DNA of 60,532 bases, filler included, from Platydemus manokwari (taxonomy: Eukaryota): assembly GCA_037951405.1 (NCBI GenBank). It is 5 parts of 5 records of this genome, joined end to end, with 100 filler letters (N's around TTAATTAATTAA, not from the genome) between each part and the next. Parts side by side here need not be neighbours in the genome. Positions count along the whole stretch, not along the records: positions 1 to 13,962 come from JBBMOY011564744.1; positions 14,063 to 23,288 come from JBBMOY011280762.1; positions 23,389 to 36,446 come from JBBMOY011860277.1; 2 more parts are not named here. One strand, given 5' to 3'. Made by a program: the position numbers and the translations under genes. Below, piece by piece: positions 13,512 through 27,124 of this stretch. The notes below the pieces were generated by a model. It made no database searches. It was not told the origin of the DNA and saw nothing but the letters and a program-made list of their open reading frames with translations. Position 1 is the stretch's first letter. Every line of letters begins with the position of its first letter.

Positions 13512-13724
13512 GTCATTCTGTTGCAGGGTCCTTTCTAGTTCCTGTCGTAGGCGTTCTGCCTTAGTCATCTGGATTGTGACAAGGACGTTTTCAGTTGTGA
13601 TAACTGTAATTGGCTCTGAGTCACCGGCAATGTGCTCCTCTTCTGCGGTCATCACTCTGTCAGCTCCTGTGTTGGCTGGTCACGAGTGGCCTCGTTCAGC
13701 TCCGGTATTGGCTGGTAACGAGTG

Positions 13725-13897
13725 AGTAGTATGTTATGTCAGTGTTTGGCGCCACCTCCCTCAAATTCTCAATTTACAAAACTATCAATTTTTCTAATCT
13801 AGTATACCCCATTGACCCCCCAACTCGCATATTTTGCAATCCATCAGTCTATCAAACTATCAAACTATCAGGCCAAACACTGACATAACATACTACT
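13725..13897. mobile_element. 173-bp MITE-like element with perfect 26-bp terminal inverted repeats
   Basis: agtagtatgttatgtcagtgtttggc (13725-13750) is the exact reverse complement of gccaaacactgacataacatactact (13872-13897). No clear target-site duplication. Confidence 0.75.
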
Positions 13898-13962
13898 ATA
13901 AACTCCTATTTTTCGGCGATTGGAAAACATAATAATAATTTAAAATCCTAATATAAAAAGTG

Positions 13963-14062
13963 NNNNNNNNNNNNNNNNNNNNNNNNNNNNNNNNNNNNNN
14001 NNNNNNTTAATTAATTAANNNNNNNNNNNNNNNNNNNNNNNNNNNNNNNNNNNNNNNNNNNN
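13963..14062. other. Artificial contig spacer
   Basis: 100 nt of N with central TTAATTAATTAA (stops in all six frames). Confidence 0.97.
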
Positions 14063-15799
14063 ATTAAATTATTAAAAAATCACTTAATGATTGTAAAATA
14101 ATTCAATTTTAATTTTTAATTTTTTAATTTTAATTTCAACATTATTTAATTTAGGTTTAAAGCCTCACAATCACATTGTCATGAAATATTTTTTATGGAA
14201 CAATTTTTGTAATCGCACTGTAGCGATATATTTTTATGTTAAAAGCCTACATTTCTGAAAAGAAAAAATATATATTATTGTGTGATAATTTATTATGGTA
14301 TTTACTTAAAATAAAATATATTTTATATATAAACCGATTAATTTAATGGCAGTAGATATAATGGCGGAAAAAAAGGGATTTTATGAATTAAAGATGAGGT
14401 ATGTTTCCAAAAAATGTACCAAAATATTTTTATTGGGGGGATTAAATAGCGCCGACACAAAAAAACAAATATGTAGAGAGTTGAAATCATCACAACTCGG
14501 TCTTATTTGAGAAACCACTAGGAAGAGTACGTGAAGTTCAATTGGACAATAACAAGAATACGTGAAGCTAAGGATACATATTCGCCATTGAAGCCTACCA
14601 TTATATGCCCTTCGATTTTGCCATTATATTGATTGTGTTCCCGTTTCAATATTAAGTGAGTTAGATTGATACTGTAAACTGCTAACCAATATGATATGTA
14701 GTATATCGTTGTATCATAATACTATAGAGATGTGCCTCCCAACAAACTCTTAGAGGTAAAGGTACTACGTCTAGAGTTGAAGTCAGCAATCGTTTCTTTC
14801 CAGATGTTGTAGGTGTCATCGTCTAGGTCATTTTTATTAGTCGTATAGTGTAGTTTTAACCAAACCATTTGTGTATAATTTGTATTTTTGTTCTATATTT
14901 CGTAATTAATAAACGTTATTGTAATCAATTGTGTTGAATTATTAATTAGATAGGATATAGGATAGGACTTTTAAAATTTGAGACTGATTGTGATTAAGTT
15001 GTATAAATTGTATCTGATAGTTATAAAATGTAGTGATTGGATCATTGCTGTCTATCGTACTATCTCCATATAGTATTGATAACAAGGTGAAGGTAGAAGA
15101 TTATAAAATAAGGTTTCATAGAGTGTACCCTAAGGGGTTGATCAGAGCTCATAGAGACTGGTCAAGTCGGAAATAATTCACAATAAATTATAAATATAGA
15201 GACTGATAATAAAATTAACTAAGCAACCCCAAAACACATCAATTATACATTATAACATGAGGTAAATATTCAGTAAGGATAAAAAATAAAAATAAAGAAA
15301 CAAAACAAAACATCAATTTATCAAAATCAATGTTAAAATGTAAATTATAGTTTATGCTGAATTTGGAATATTGGGTGATTGCTGGATTTGTCATATTATT
15401 TTTTGATTGTAGGAAAGTCACAAGAGCTTGGAACTTGGGATAAAGATTGAAGATTTAATGGGTTAATATTGTTGTTGTAGATGATTGAATCCTATTGGAA
15501 TTGAATGATATTGGGAGATTCGGATTTAAGAATGATCGAGAGATGGATATTGTTATTTGTGGTGGCATTGGGATTGTATGTAGGATTTGATTGAGTTTAG
15601 AGATAGCTGGTATTGGGTGTTGGGTTTGTTTAGATTGATGTGTTGTTGGATTGATGTTTAGATAGATGTGCATGTGTTGCTTGGATTGGGTGTACCCTCA
15701 ACAATATAATTAATCAATCTATGTCAAGTTACAACAATATGATCACAAATGTGATTAACAATACCAAATATTACCAATGATTTACAATAATCAATTAGT

Positions 15800-16410
15800 A
15801 TGGACAAATAATCACGTGAATTGCTAAATGCTATTGTTCCATTTTTAAAGTTTATTAGACCCTTGTCGGGAGATCTGCAAGGTCCTTTGTTAAAAATGTA
15901 AGATACCTGGGCCTAATGGTCTAGCAACTACACAGATAGGTTACTAAAAGACTGTTAATTACCTAATTAATAGTGAAGATTTTTGAAATAATAAAATTAC
16001 TGGTGTCACGTTACAAAGATAAAAATAATTTTTCTTTTTAGTTGGTGAACTTTGTTTACGCAGGAACGACTTTAAATAGGTTACATGATTCAGACAATGC
16101 TTGAATGTGAAGTAGTTTTTTTGCTTTCAAAAATCAATAGAATTGAAATTTATCAATAGTAGAGAGTTTACAAATAATTTATGGGTTTTTCAGTATAATT
16201 CGTTTTTGGGCCTATTTATGAGTCATTTATTCCTTTTTATAAGGTTATCTTTATGTTTTCTAACTTATCATCTTATAGATTATTATTGAATTTTTTATAC
16301 TATTTTTGGACTTTTTAAATTCTATTTTTGTAATTATTAATTTGTTATTTCTATTTTTAGGATTATTTAATCACATTTATATTAACTTTTATGTCTTCTA
16401 TTTGTAGGAG
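15800..16410. repeat. Interspersed repeat, diverged copy of the 33.1-34.1 kb LTR-like unit
   Basis: Shared colinear blocks such as gcaactacacaga and gtttacgcagg..ctttaaatag..ttcagacaa..cttga in both regions. Confidence 0.65.
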
Positions 16411-17261
16411 GGTCGTGGATTTTTGAAAAAAAATTATATTATTTTACATTATTATTTTGAGATATTTCAGTGCCCGACACAAAAATTGAGTTTTGAAAAT
16501 TTCCACAAATTGATTATAAAAATATTAAGTTCAATTGATTTCATATTGACCATAAAATTGATTGAAATCTTCTCAAAAATGAATTCCAAATAATAGGCAA
16601 AAGTGCAAATTGATTGTACAATTTTTCAACTTTCCATGTTCGCAAAAGCTTAAAACATTCTCCTAGGATAATTTTGGGGAAAATGTAATTTTAATAGGTT
16701 TTACTGATTCAAATCTCTAAAGTTACATTAAGAAATGCAAATTTTTCAACGAATAGATGATAATAAGAGTATTATGTTGAAAAATTTCGTTTGCATTCAA
16801 TCCAAATCTATGCAGTGATATGTATTTTATTACTGTTTTTGAATGAATCATAATGTTTAAATTTTTTAACTCAACTATTTGATTTTTTTTAATGATGTCA
16901 AAACTTTTTATTATTTCCTTAAAATTAAAAATTACCTTCTTATAGATCAGCCAATTTTCGAATCACAAATTTTCATGTGATATGAAGCTCAAATGCTCCA
17001 AAAATCACTTGAAAATATTAAATATTAAAATGTTGTCGATGTTAACATTCTACAAAGCAACTGCACGTGTGATCTAGAAATTAATTTCAAATATAATCAT
17101 AGATCTGAACTTTACATTAATACATTCAAACAAGTTCTTTCATGAATAATTCGAGATGATTTGTTAATAACAAATCTGGTACTATAGAATAAATAAAAAA
17201 ATTATCAAATAAAAAAAAAGAATCAAAAAATTAGAAAATAAATATATTTATTAAAACGGTA

Positions 17262-20200
17262 TTATAAAACAGCAGTTTCATCTCTGGATAATGTCAGTTT
17301 CGGTTTGATCTGCATGGTCATTAATTCCTGGAGCAACAATTTTGTTGCATATGGCATGATCACCGATGACACGTGTTGACTGGATCTGCACATCTGGCAC
17401 CAATCTTTGCTCGTGGCAAGTAATCCACACTGCTCACAAACGTATGTTCTAAACGGATCACTGCTCAATAACATACGCTCTTTAAGAATTTGCGTTGCAC
17501 CATAGCCAATCAAACAATCGCGTTCCATCTCACCAACTCTCAAACCACCATCCTGAGCTCGACCAACAACCGGTTGTCTTGTTAACGGTTGATTTTTACC
17601 CGTCGATCTGGCATGGACCTTGTCTTGTACCATGTGCTTCAATCTTTGGTAAAATACGGGCCCCATATAAATATCTGCCTCCATTATTTTACCATTGATG
17701 CCACACGTTAAAATCTCTTTTCCTGACATAGAAAATCCCTTGGATCGCATCACTGTTGGATAATCATCGTCGATATTTTTGTGTCCAGCTGTACTGAATA
17801 CTGAACTGTCTCGTATTTGACCATCAAATACCGCACACTTGTTAGCCAATAACTCCAACAATTTCCCGACTGTCATTCTGCTTGGGAAACCATGGGGATT
17901 CATGATCACATCTGGCACTAATCCATCTTCCGTGTACGGCATTTCTTCCAACGGTACAACACGTCCAATGACACCTTTTTGACCATGTCTACTGCTGAGT
18001 TTGTCTCCGATTTCCGGCTGTCTATTTTGACTAGTTTTGACACGCACAAGCGTGTATCCGTGTTCTTCTTGAGTGAACATGACTTGGGTACACTGTGTCC
18101 TTTCGGAGCCATGATATACGGTCGGAGATGGTTTTGGACCAGAATCGGGAATTTTCACTGGATCCGATGAAATCAGTGGGTCTTTTTCGGGTGTTGTAAG
18201 CTTATGTATGAGGACGTCTCCATTTTCGATGAATTTTCCAATCATTGAAGTACCATCGGCTTCGAGTGCGTGTTGCCTAGAATCTAAACAAAAATACCCA
18301 TGAATCAATAACAATGTCGAATGAATCAGATGAAGAGATTCTTATTTCTGTCATCGAATAGTAAAACATAAAGAAACAAGTTCAAAATAAAATAATTTTT
18401 AAAAAAAATAAAAATAAGAAAAAAATAAAAATAAGAAAAAATAAAAATAAGAAAAAATATAAATTACTTTTAATAGCAGGGACACCAAGATCGTCGTTAT
18501 CCTTTAAAATATCAGAAAAGCTCTTATTTGTCAAGCTCCTGAAAATACCGCGCTCTAAAGATGCTTTATTAACGATAAGAGCGTCTTCAATATCATGACC
18601 ACCGAAACATGTGATAGCTACAATAGCATTCTGACCAGCGGGTAACTCATTATATTCCACCAGATTACCGATATTACTTAGTGTCAATGGTCGCTGAGGC
18701 GTTACCAAAATGTGCTGTGTACCATCGGATCTGATTCGTTGATTATTGGATATCACACCGAGAGCTTGTTTACCCATAGCACATTGATATGTGTTTCTGG
18801 GACTTTGATTATGATGTGGAAAAGGAATCAAACTGGCCACTGCACCGAGAGCAGTAGCTGGATCGATATCTAGATGTGTATGATTGTTTGTGATATCATT
18901 TTCAGTAGCAGCTAATAAGCATTCTGCATAACCCTCTCTGGCGTCCAAATATTCAACAACACCTCGTTTGACAAGCTCATTCCATGGCATTAACCCATTG
19001 GCGAGTTTTTCTTTGATTTCATTGGTCAATCTGCTCTTACCATTCTCAACAATGATATACGGTCTCACCATTCGTCCACTATCACTGCAAACATGCAACG
19101 TTTCAACTTCTTCTTCATAATAAATCGAAACATGTTCATGTATATCGCCCTGTCGTCTTAAACATCTCAAATAATGACCGAGTTCTTTCGGTTTATCCGT
19201 CCAACCAATCGGAACACCGTTCAACATAATCACATACATGCCTGCATGATACTCGAATGTAGTCAAATCATCACCATAATTTTCCCGTATTCTCTGTTCC
19301 AAATCCAAATGAGGCAAATCGACGGTGATTTCCACCATGAAAGCCAGATTTTTCACCAAACCACACGCTTCACCTTCTGGAGTATCAGCGGGACAAACGA
19401 ACCCATACTGACTCAGATGTATTGCTCGAGCTCCTGATATTTTTCGAACCTTTTCAAATTGACTGTTTATTCTACCCAAATGTCCGAGAGTAGCGATAAA
19501 ACTCAATCGGTTCAAAACTTGTGTGACACCTGTTCGGTTCATTGCAAAACGTTGGAAATTCCAGTTGCCGGTGTAAATACATTGAAACATGCCATCGGTT
19601 ATATATGATTCTCGTATCATATTACAAGGTTCAAGAGCCATTGCTTTCTTTGTGGAAAGGTTTTTCATCAGTTCCATCTTAAGTGAACCAACGAACGATT
19701 GGAATCTATCTTCGAAAGCCAACGACAAGTACGATCCTACGAGCTCGATACGCTTAACACCATAAAAATCACGATCATCCGGCGATATTAAACCTTTTTC
19801 TGCGAGTAAAATACGCCGAACCATAAATCCCAAATATTTGGCCCTGTGAGTCATATTGTCCGAGCTACCTTTAACGTGATTCAACACTCTCCGATTCAAC
19901 TCTTGTTTGGCCATCAACAAACTTCGTTCTTCCTCTTCCAAAGACGTTGGATTGATTGTCATTTTATTCTCTTTATTCGATGCCAGTTTTATTTTTGGAA
20001 TTAACCACATTATTGCCTGTTTTTGGGAAAATATTTCGAAACTAATAGCTTCTTTGGCGCTGCAAATAAGTTCATTGTGGAGTTCATATTCGACACCGAC
20101 AGATTCGAAAATATCTTTGTGTGCTGGCATATTTAATGCAGCAAATAGTATAAATAATGGAATTGATTCGTTGAAAAGAGAATTTTGAACATAGAAATAG

Positions 20201-20841
20201 CCATTATTTTTGAAAACTGTGGTTTTGGATTTATTTTCTATGGTAAAACTAACAACATGACACACTATTTCAGGATCAGGCAATTTCTCTGACAAAGGTA
20301 CTTTGATTCCTCCTTTCTTTGTGATTTTTTGCTTTTCAATAATCATACGGTTTTTTGCCATTTGTTCCTGCATAAGAAAAACTCTTTCAGTTCCTTTCGT
20401 AATGAAATATCCACCAGTATCATGAATACATTCGCCTTGTTGAATTAATTGTTCGGTAGTTTTACCATACAAATGACATTTGTTTGATCGAAGCATGATT
20501 GGAATTCTTCCTATGATCACATTTTCTTTTTTAATGATTTTATCATTTCCAGGATATTTAACATCAACAGTCACATCACTAGCATAAGTTAAATTTCTCA
20601 ACCGACACTGATGAGGAAAAACCGGTAGCTTTGATCGTCCTTGTTCAACAATAGTTGGAAAGCCCACGTTAATATTTGAAAATTCAACAAACCATTTAAG
20701 AGAAGGTAACTCTATTTTTCCGTGAGTTTTAACGATTTTTTTCATGTCGACATCAACAAAATGGTTAAATGAATCTAAATGATGTCGAACCAAACTATGC
20801 GAATCATGATATAATTTAACTAGCTGATATTTTGGATCCAT
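17262..20841 (-). CDS. POLR3B: RNA polymerase III second-largest subunit RPC2 (divergent), exons 18468..20841 and 17262..18283, about 1131 aa
   Basis: HLDSFNHFV, PHQCRLRNLTY, CPADTPEGEACGLVKNL, IPFPHHNQSPRNTYQCAMGKQA, DIEDA, GDKLSSRHGQKG, MNPHGFPSRMTVG, GGLRVGEMERDCL and C-terminal Zn ribbon. The 184-nt GT..AG phase-1 intron (18284-18467) restores the frame. Confidence 0.9.
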
Positions 20842-23288
20842 AGACTTTATAAAAATTTAAAAAACACAAATTAAAATATATAATTACAATTTGATATAAA
20901 TTATGAATATTATTTAAACAATTTTTTAATTAAATATTTTAAAAATTAATTTTTTCAAGTTTATATTAATCTTAGTTTATTTATTTTAAAAATAGTTTAA
21001 TAAATTTAACTTATGTATTTTAAATTTAATTATTTTATAATTAACTTAAAATTCATTCACGATTGACAAAGTTATTAATTTTCGAATATGAAATGTTTTA
21101 ATTTAATCAATTCTATAAAAAATGTCTTGTCATTCGAAGCAAACAAAACATGGTTATTTTATTTAAATTTGAGTTAAATATCCCAACATGTCTAAAACTG
21201 ATTTCCAAATATCTTTCTAAATTATATAAAATATTCTGTACATGGTTATATGCGTAACCATTAAAGATTGTTTTCGATTATAGAAATTAATTAACATTTT
21301 GAATGTCAATACTAAGCAATATTACAATTATTTTTCATTAATTAATTTTAATAAGTTTATTAAAATAACAAGTTGACGAAATTCAATCCATGATATTTTA
21401 ATTAAATTAAAATTAAGTATTATATTGTGAGTGCAGTGATAAGGACAACCGAGAATTGCGTAAAATTAATTAAATAAAATATATAACTAAGAAACAGAAA
21501 TTAGCAAAAATAAGGTAATAGTAGTAATAATAAACAATTATTTGTAGGAATGCGCAATGAAGATAGAATGTAGAAACTATCCTACCATTAATTCCATAAA
21601 TAAATATCAGTGATCACAGATTCAAGAGCGAGTAAGTTAACGAATAAATAAACGGAAGTAATTACAAAGCAATTTGAATTTGGTAACATACAAATCCCTA
21701 AGTAAAAGGACACGGGAAAAAGTGATATCAATAAGAGAATATGGAGGAATAAATTCTGGATCTGGATGTCAATTCTTAATCTGAGCGTTCAAACAAATCA
21801 CGATGAACTTCAGTACTATTAATAATAATAACCATTTGCATATTGTCTATATTACATTCTGCCTTTTTTTTATCTCTGTGATTAACAGCTATTTACTCTT
21901 GCTTTTTCTAGTTATATGAATTACCTGCTTTTTATTCACATATGTAGTGTAATTAGTTTATGAAATTTAGATTTGTAAAGTATTCCAAATTGTTTAATAA
22001 GAATTAATACAGTAATTATGGGCGAATATTACACCATCGAAACCTATGATCATATTTATTTCTAATCATATTTTATTTCTTCCATTTCCTAGGATTAATT
22101 TTTATAGACAAAGTGGCAAGGTTGGAAGAATTTATAATATATAGAAAAGATCTAGCGACACGACAAAATCAAAATATTAACCCCTAATTTAAAAAAAATC
22201 TAAGATTTTAAAATTTTAATTTTTTTTAATTTATTATTTACAGCACCCACTTGCTCGTTCATTTAATAATAATAAATATAATCAATTTAGATTTTTTTAA
22301 AGAAATGTCACCATGGGGTCTACTATTTTTTCCCTATTATATATATATATATATATAATTCATATATATAATTCATGGTATATATAATTCATTTAATTAA
22401 AAATTAATTAAAAAATTAATATTTTATTTGAATGCTAGATTTGGAATATTATTTATTCGTTCTATCATCTCATTATTAGCAATATGTTGATTTTGGAAAT
22501 GTTTGGAAATTTGTTGCATTGGAATTTTACTTTTTGCGATTCTATTTTTTGACTGATGTTATTCTTTTGGAATCGGAGGAATACTTAATAATACGATTTC
22601 ATTATAATTCTTAAGAATCTTGTGATAATTTTGTAAAAATTTCTAAAGATTTTTTATTGTGTCACAAAATTCATGTCCGAGATCAGTTTTCTCATATGAA
22701 TTTAAGCTTTTAAAATAAATTTCAGCAGATTGACAACCAGTGGAAAATTTATTCATAAAATCTCCTTCAAAATCAAAGCCTCTTATCAAATAGACCTAAT
22801 GGATTAAAAGTTCTATTACATTTATTCGTATATTTATTGATCTATTTATTCATACTTTATATATTTATTTATATTATATTTATTCTTTTCATATTTTACT
22901 TTTAAGATTTATAATTTTTTTATTACAAGATTTCCAAGAATATTTATTCATTTTAATGTGTATTGGGTTTTAAAATTACTCTAAATATTCAAAACCATGC
23001 GTTCGCGTTTACTATTTTGATTTACTACCAGTCTCAACTTTTACAGCTAATAATCTATCTCATTAAATGTGCAAAACTATTTTTGTTTACTCGAAAACTA
23101 ATTCATATCCAACAAAATAACTGCAAATTCGATTATGACAATATTAGTAAGAGAATTTTCAAATTTTAACTTTTAATAATAGAAGATTTTTTATTACAGA
23201 AATTTATTTAAATTATCATGATGATCCTTCAATATGGAATTTGCCAGTAATTTATGATATATTATCTGTAGAAATATATATGATAATG

Positions 23289-23388
23289 NNNNNNNNNNNN
23301 NNNNNNNNNNNNNNNNNNNNNNNNNNNNNNNNTTAATTAATTAANNNNNNNNNNNNNNNNNNNNNNNNNNNNNNNNNNNNNNNNNNNN
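23289..23388. other. Artificial contig spacer
   Basis: N run with TTAATTAATTAA. Confidence 0.97.
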
Positions 23389-23461
23389 AAGATCTTCAAT
23401 TTAATATTTAAAAATGAAAAGCCAATTTAAAAAAGGCCATTATTTTTGCACCAACCTAATA
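23389..23461. mobile_element. Mariner transposon end (TIR plus TA)
   Basis: Reverse complement reads TA-TTAGGTTGGTGCAAAAATAATGGCCTTT, closely matching Hsmar1/cecropia-type mariner TIRs. It lies at the contig edge. Confidence 0.75.
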
Positions 23462-24453
23462 GAAACAATTAACAAATGTGCGATGCAATAGATTTTAGAA
23501 AGAAGAAGCTGTCGTGCCCTGAAGAGTTTTATCAAAAATAAAAAACCGCCGGAGGGAACTAAGTAGGGCTCCGCTGCGGTATAAAGACTAATAGTCACAA
23601 ATTCAGTTATAACTTTGTAAGGTTTTAGTGACTGACAAAAAATCTTCTTTCGAAGAATGATATCAGATGATCAACTGCAAAAATTAAGTTTACCATTTGG
23701 AAATATATCAGAGTAATTTGTCAAGCTGATTAGTGATTCTGAAACACGATGAATAATAATCACTGAATACTGGAATTGTCTCGAACTCGAATAATAATAA
23801 TCGCTATGAGATTAGTCGTTTTGTGACGAAAATACTGAATTTTACTTCAGTGTTAACTGTGATTTGTGATATGGGCGCATGATTAATTTTATATTTAATT
23901 TGTTAGTTCCTTTGCAACATCCACTGTTGTCATGGCAATTTGAATTTAAATTTGAATTTCTATTACTATGGTTGTAAATAATATGGCAATGTAGATTAAT
24001 AATCATTTTTCAAGAATTTTATGGATACTATTAATTAATGTGGGCTTATTTGCTTAATGCTGGTCTATTATTATTGTAATTTATATATATCATAAGGCTT
24101 GGAGCCTTCATGGGTATATTATCCCGACAGCACTATTTATGTATGCACAAAGATTTTATACATACATAATTGTAATCACGTGATATGAAAATATTTATTG
24201 GATTCTTTGATCTTTATTGTGAAGAATTTATTTGATATTTACTGAATTACCCTTTGAAAGAAATTATATTTTGAAGTGAGTAAACTTATTATTATTAATT
24301 AAATTAAATTTAGACACATGATAATTTCCAAAATTGTGGTCACTGAGAATCATTCAAGTACCCATATAACACCTTATTTTTTAATTTAGACCACCCAAGC
24401 GGCATTTCATTTATTGTTATCTTGATGGCCTATTCTACCACTTTCAATAGTAA

Positions 24454-25339
24454 TGTGGAATCCGACCTTACTTTACACATTAAACTATGATACAATCATA
24501 AATATATATAAAAATAAAAAGAATATTAAAAACATAAAAAAAATTAATTTTAAAAATTCTTAGATTAGATAGAAAAAATAAAATGAATAAAATTCAAAAA
24601 TTTTCATATTAAATTATTTAAAAATAAATAGAACAAAAATTTTATTTTTATAACAAATTCTTTGTTTAAATGATCTCAAGGTCACCCCGGTATAACCCAA
24701 GGTCAAAAGCAAGAAATTATTTCAAAATCTATTTTTAGTAACCACGTCAGTACTAAAAGTAGTGTAGGTCAATTTAGCATCTCAAGTAGCTAAAAATAGT
24801 AGGCTGTTGCTAAATTTAGACATGACTTCTAGAGAGCTCCTAAATTTAAAAACAAAAGAAGACTAAAAATTAACACACCAATATGACGCATGAGACCCAC
24901 AAAATCAGCATATAATAGGAAGCAAATTCAGTTTGATTGCAATTTATCATATGCGATTAATTCAGTTATTTTTCAAAATTTTAACGCATGATTCAAATTT
25001 GATTATTCCGACGACAAGCGAAACCTTTTTATCGAAGAAAAATTCAGACGAATCAATTACTGTTTATCAATTATTGAAGAAGAATTCAAACTCATCCATT
25101 TTATCTATAAATTGAAAAAGCATTCGAAAGACTCAGTTTATTTTCCACTATTATTTTGAAGAAGCATACAGCGAATCATTTTAATTTTCTTTCGAATTCC
25201 GAATCCGTCTATTTTAATTTGCAACAATCATGAGTAAAATTTTGTTTTTATTATGCTCCCATAACTATCTCAATAGCTGTGTGGTTGTTCTAAATTTACT
25301 AGGTTCTACTTATTATCTCCCACCTTTATTTTAACCACA
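24454..25339 (+). repeat. LTR-like repeat beginning TGTGGAATCCGACC (second copy starts at 60399)
   Basis: The first ~130 nt resemble 60399-60532. TGTGG...CCACA inverted termini are a candidate; no TSD, so the right boundary is uncertain. Confidence 0.5.
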
Positions 25340-26964
25340 GAGGTGACTCGCCAACTAGTTTGGCACACCTAACTGTTCTCCTGAAGGGTCTATCTGTCAA
25401 CAATAGAATTGTGCCTTTAATGTATTATAAAATCCGAATTATATTGTTAATAAAGTTATTTTATTGTATTCGTTTATTTAATAATTTATTTTCATATTTT
25501 TCCGGATAAGTTTATATTTCACCTGATTATTTATATTTTGAATATTATTAGTAGTAAACGAGAATTATTTGAACACGTCCTATGTATCTGATACGAGCAG
25601 ATTATATTGGGAACAAAATTACAACCTAATTTTATATTTATAACTGCAACTTGGTCGATAAGTGATATTCATCATTATCCTATAACACCAGAATTTTAAT
25701 TTCATTTCATTTTGTTATTATATCTTCGTAAAACCCCAACAATAGCTATTTATATTGTATTTTGCGGATCGCAACATTTACATTTTTAATCTATATTTAT
25801 TTTTTATATTTTAATTTAATATATTTTACATTGCGTTTTATCTGTTGTTTATTATTTCATTATCATATTTTACATATGCATAGGAATTGTTCATCCCCAC
25901 TATGATAAATCAATTAGTCTAATATGATTTGTTACCAGTTGAAAGCCAATCAATTGAAAACACTATCAGTCAAAATGTATTTTTATTACGGGTTATGATA
26001 ATGCTGAGGAGCCCTTTGTAGATTAATGAACTTGTCACTTCACGTTTCTGTTTTCATACATCAGACAGTAATTTAAATATTACTTTCATATTACACCAAG
26101 CTAGATACAATAATCTTTTATGTTAATGAAGCTATTTACTTTAAAGATTAAGTATATATCAATAACCCCTATTTAGTTAAACAATTTATTCTCGATTGAT
26201 AGAACTGTTAACTAATCTTATAACAAAACTTGTTCAGGCAACTAAAAATTTTGATTAAAGGCACTTAGCTTCGATGCAAGGGAAATTTCTACTAGTTTAA
26301 CGTATGCTTAAATTGCCTGTTTTTATCAGGAATTTGAAATCAAAAATTGTACAGAAAATCAAATTTCACTATATAATGCAGGTTATAAAGGTATAAGATT
26401 GGCAAATACATTAAAAACGATGTAGAAATATAAATCGTAGAAAAATTCATCGCAGTTAAAAAAATTCTAGTATAATTACTTAAAAATTACGAGAAGTGTG
26501 ACGTGAATGAACCACTATATTTATTTCTCAGTAGTAACGTATTCCTTAAATTTTATTTTTTAAACAAGGAAAATATTGAAGAGATGCTGTTGAATCTTAG
26601 CTTGATTACAAAATAAATAAAAAAATAAATCAACAAATCATATGAATGATAACAAACCATGACATATTTTGTGTGTCCGATATGAATATAAACCAAATGA
26701 ATATAATCAAAATTATAAAATGTACCATTTAGAGTTTATTCTATTTAAAATATTTGAACTTTGTAATTAGAAGTGACACTCAATTATTGAAATTATATAT
26801 TCAAGACCATTTAAAAATGTATAATTTCTCAGGTTAAGTAATATATCGATGACGTGCCATGAATAGAGTTGTGTAATGATTTGTCATGAAATATCAATCA
26901 ATCAATAATAATAATCGATAATTAAACAGATCATGCCCCATGTTATCCTGAAGCATCAGTATCA

Positions 26965-27040
26965 ATATTATTATTATTATTATTATTATTATTATCATTA
27001 TTATTATTATTATTATTATTATCATTATTATTATTATTAT
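26965..27040. repeat. (TAT)n microsatellite
   Basis: Direct reading; it produces the poly-Tyr shadow ORF. Confidence 0.9.
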
Positions 27041-27124
27041 AAAAAAATGAAAAACATCATATTGAAAGTATTAATAAGCGATTCTATCGTTGAGTTTCGT
27101 TCATTCTTACAAAATCATTCCCAA

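Larger units (their letters stand above)
9181..13724 (-). mobile_element. Decayed Ty3/gypsy-type retroelement A: ubiquitin-like, Bcl-2-like, chuvirus-like glycoprotein, protease, [RT deleted], RNase H tail, integrase zinc domain
   Basis: GC-richer island of overlapping minus-strand ORF fragments with protease, gypsy RNase H and integrase Zn motifs. Colinear homology with element B at 51.8-56 kb. No LTRs recognised. The 5' end abuts a MITE. Confidence 0.88.

Noticed and set aside
18382-18467. Hydrophobic C-terminus (FFLFLFFLIFIFF) on the 819-aa ORF suggesting a membrane anchor
   Set aside because: It is read-through into the T-rich intron; splicing at 18467/18284 restores RPC2.
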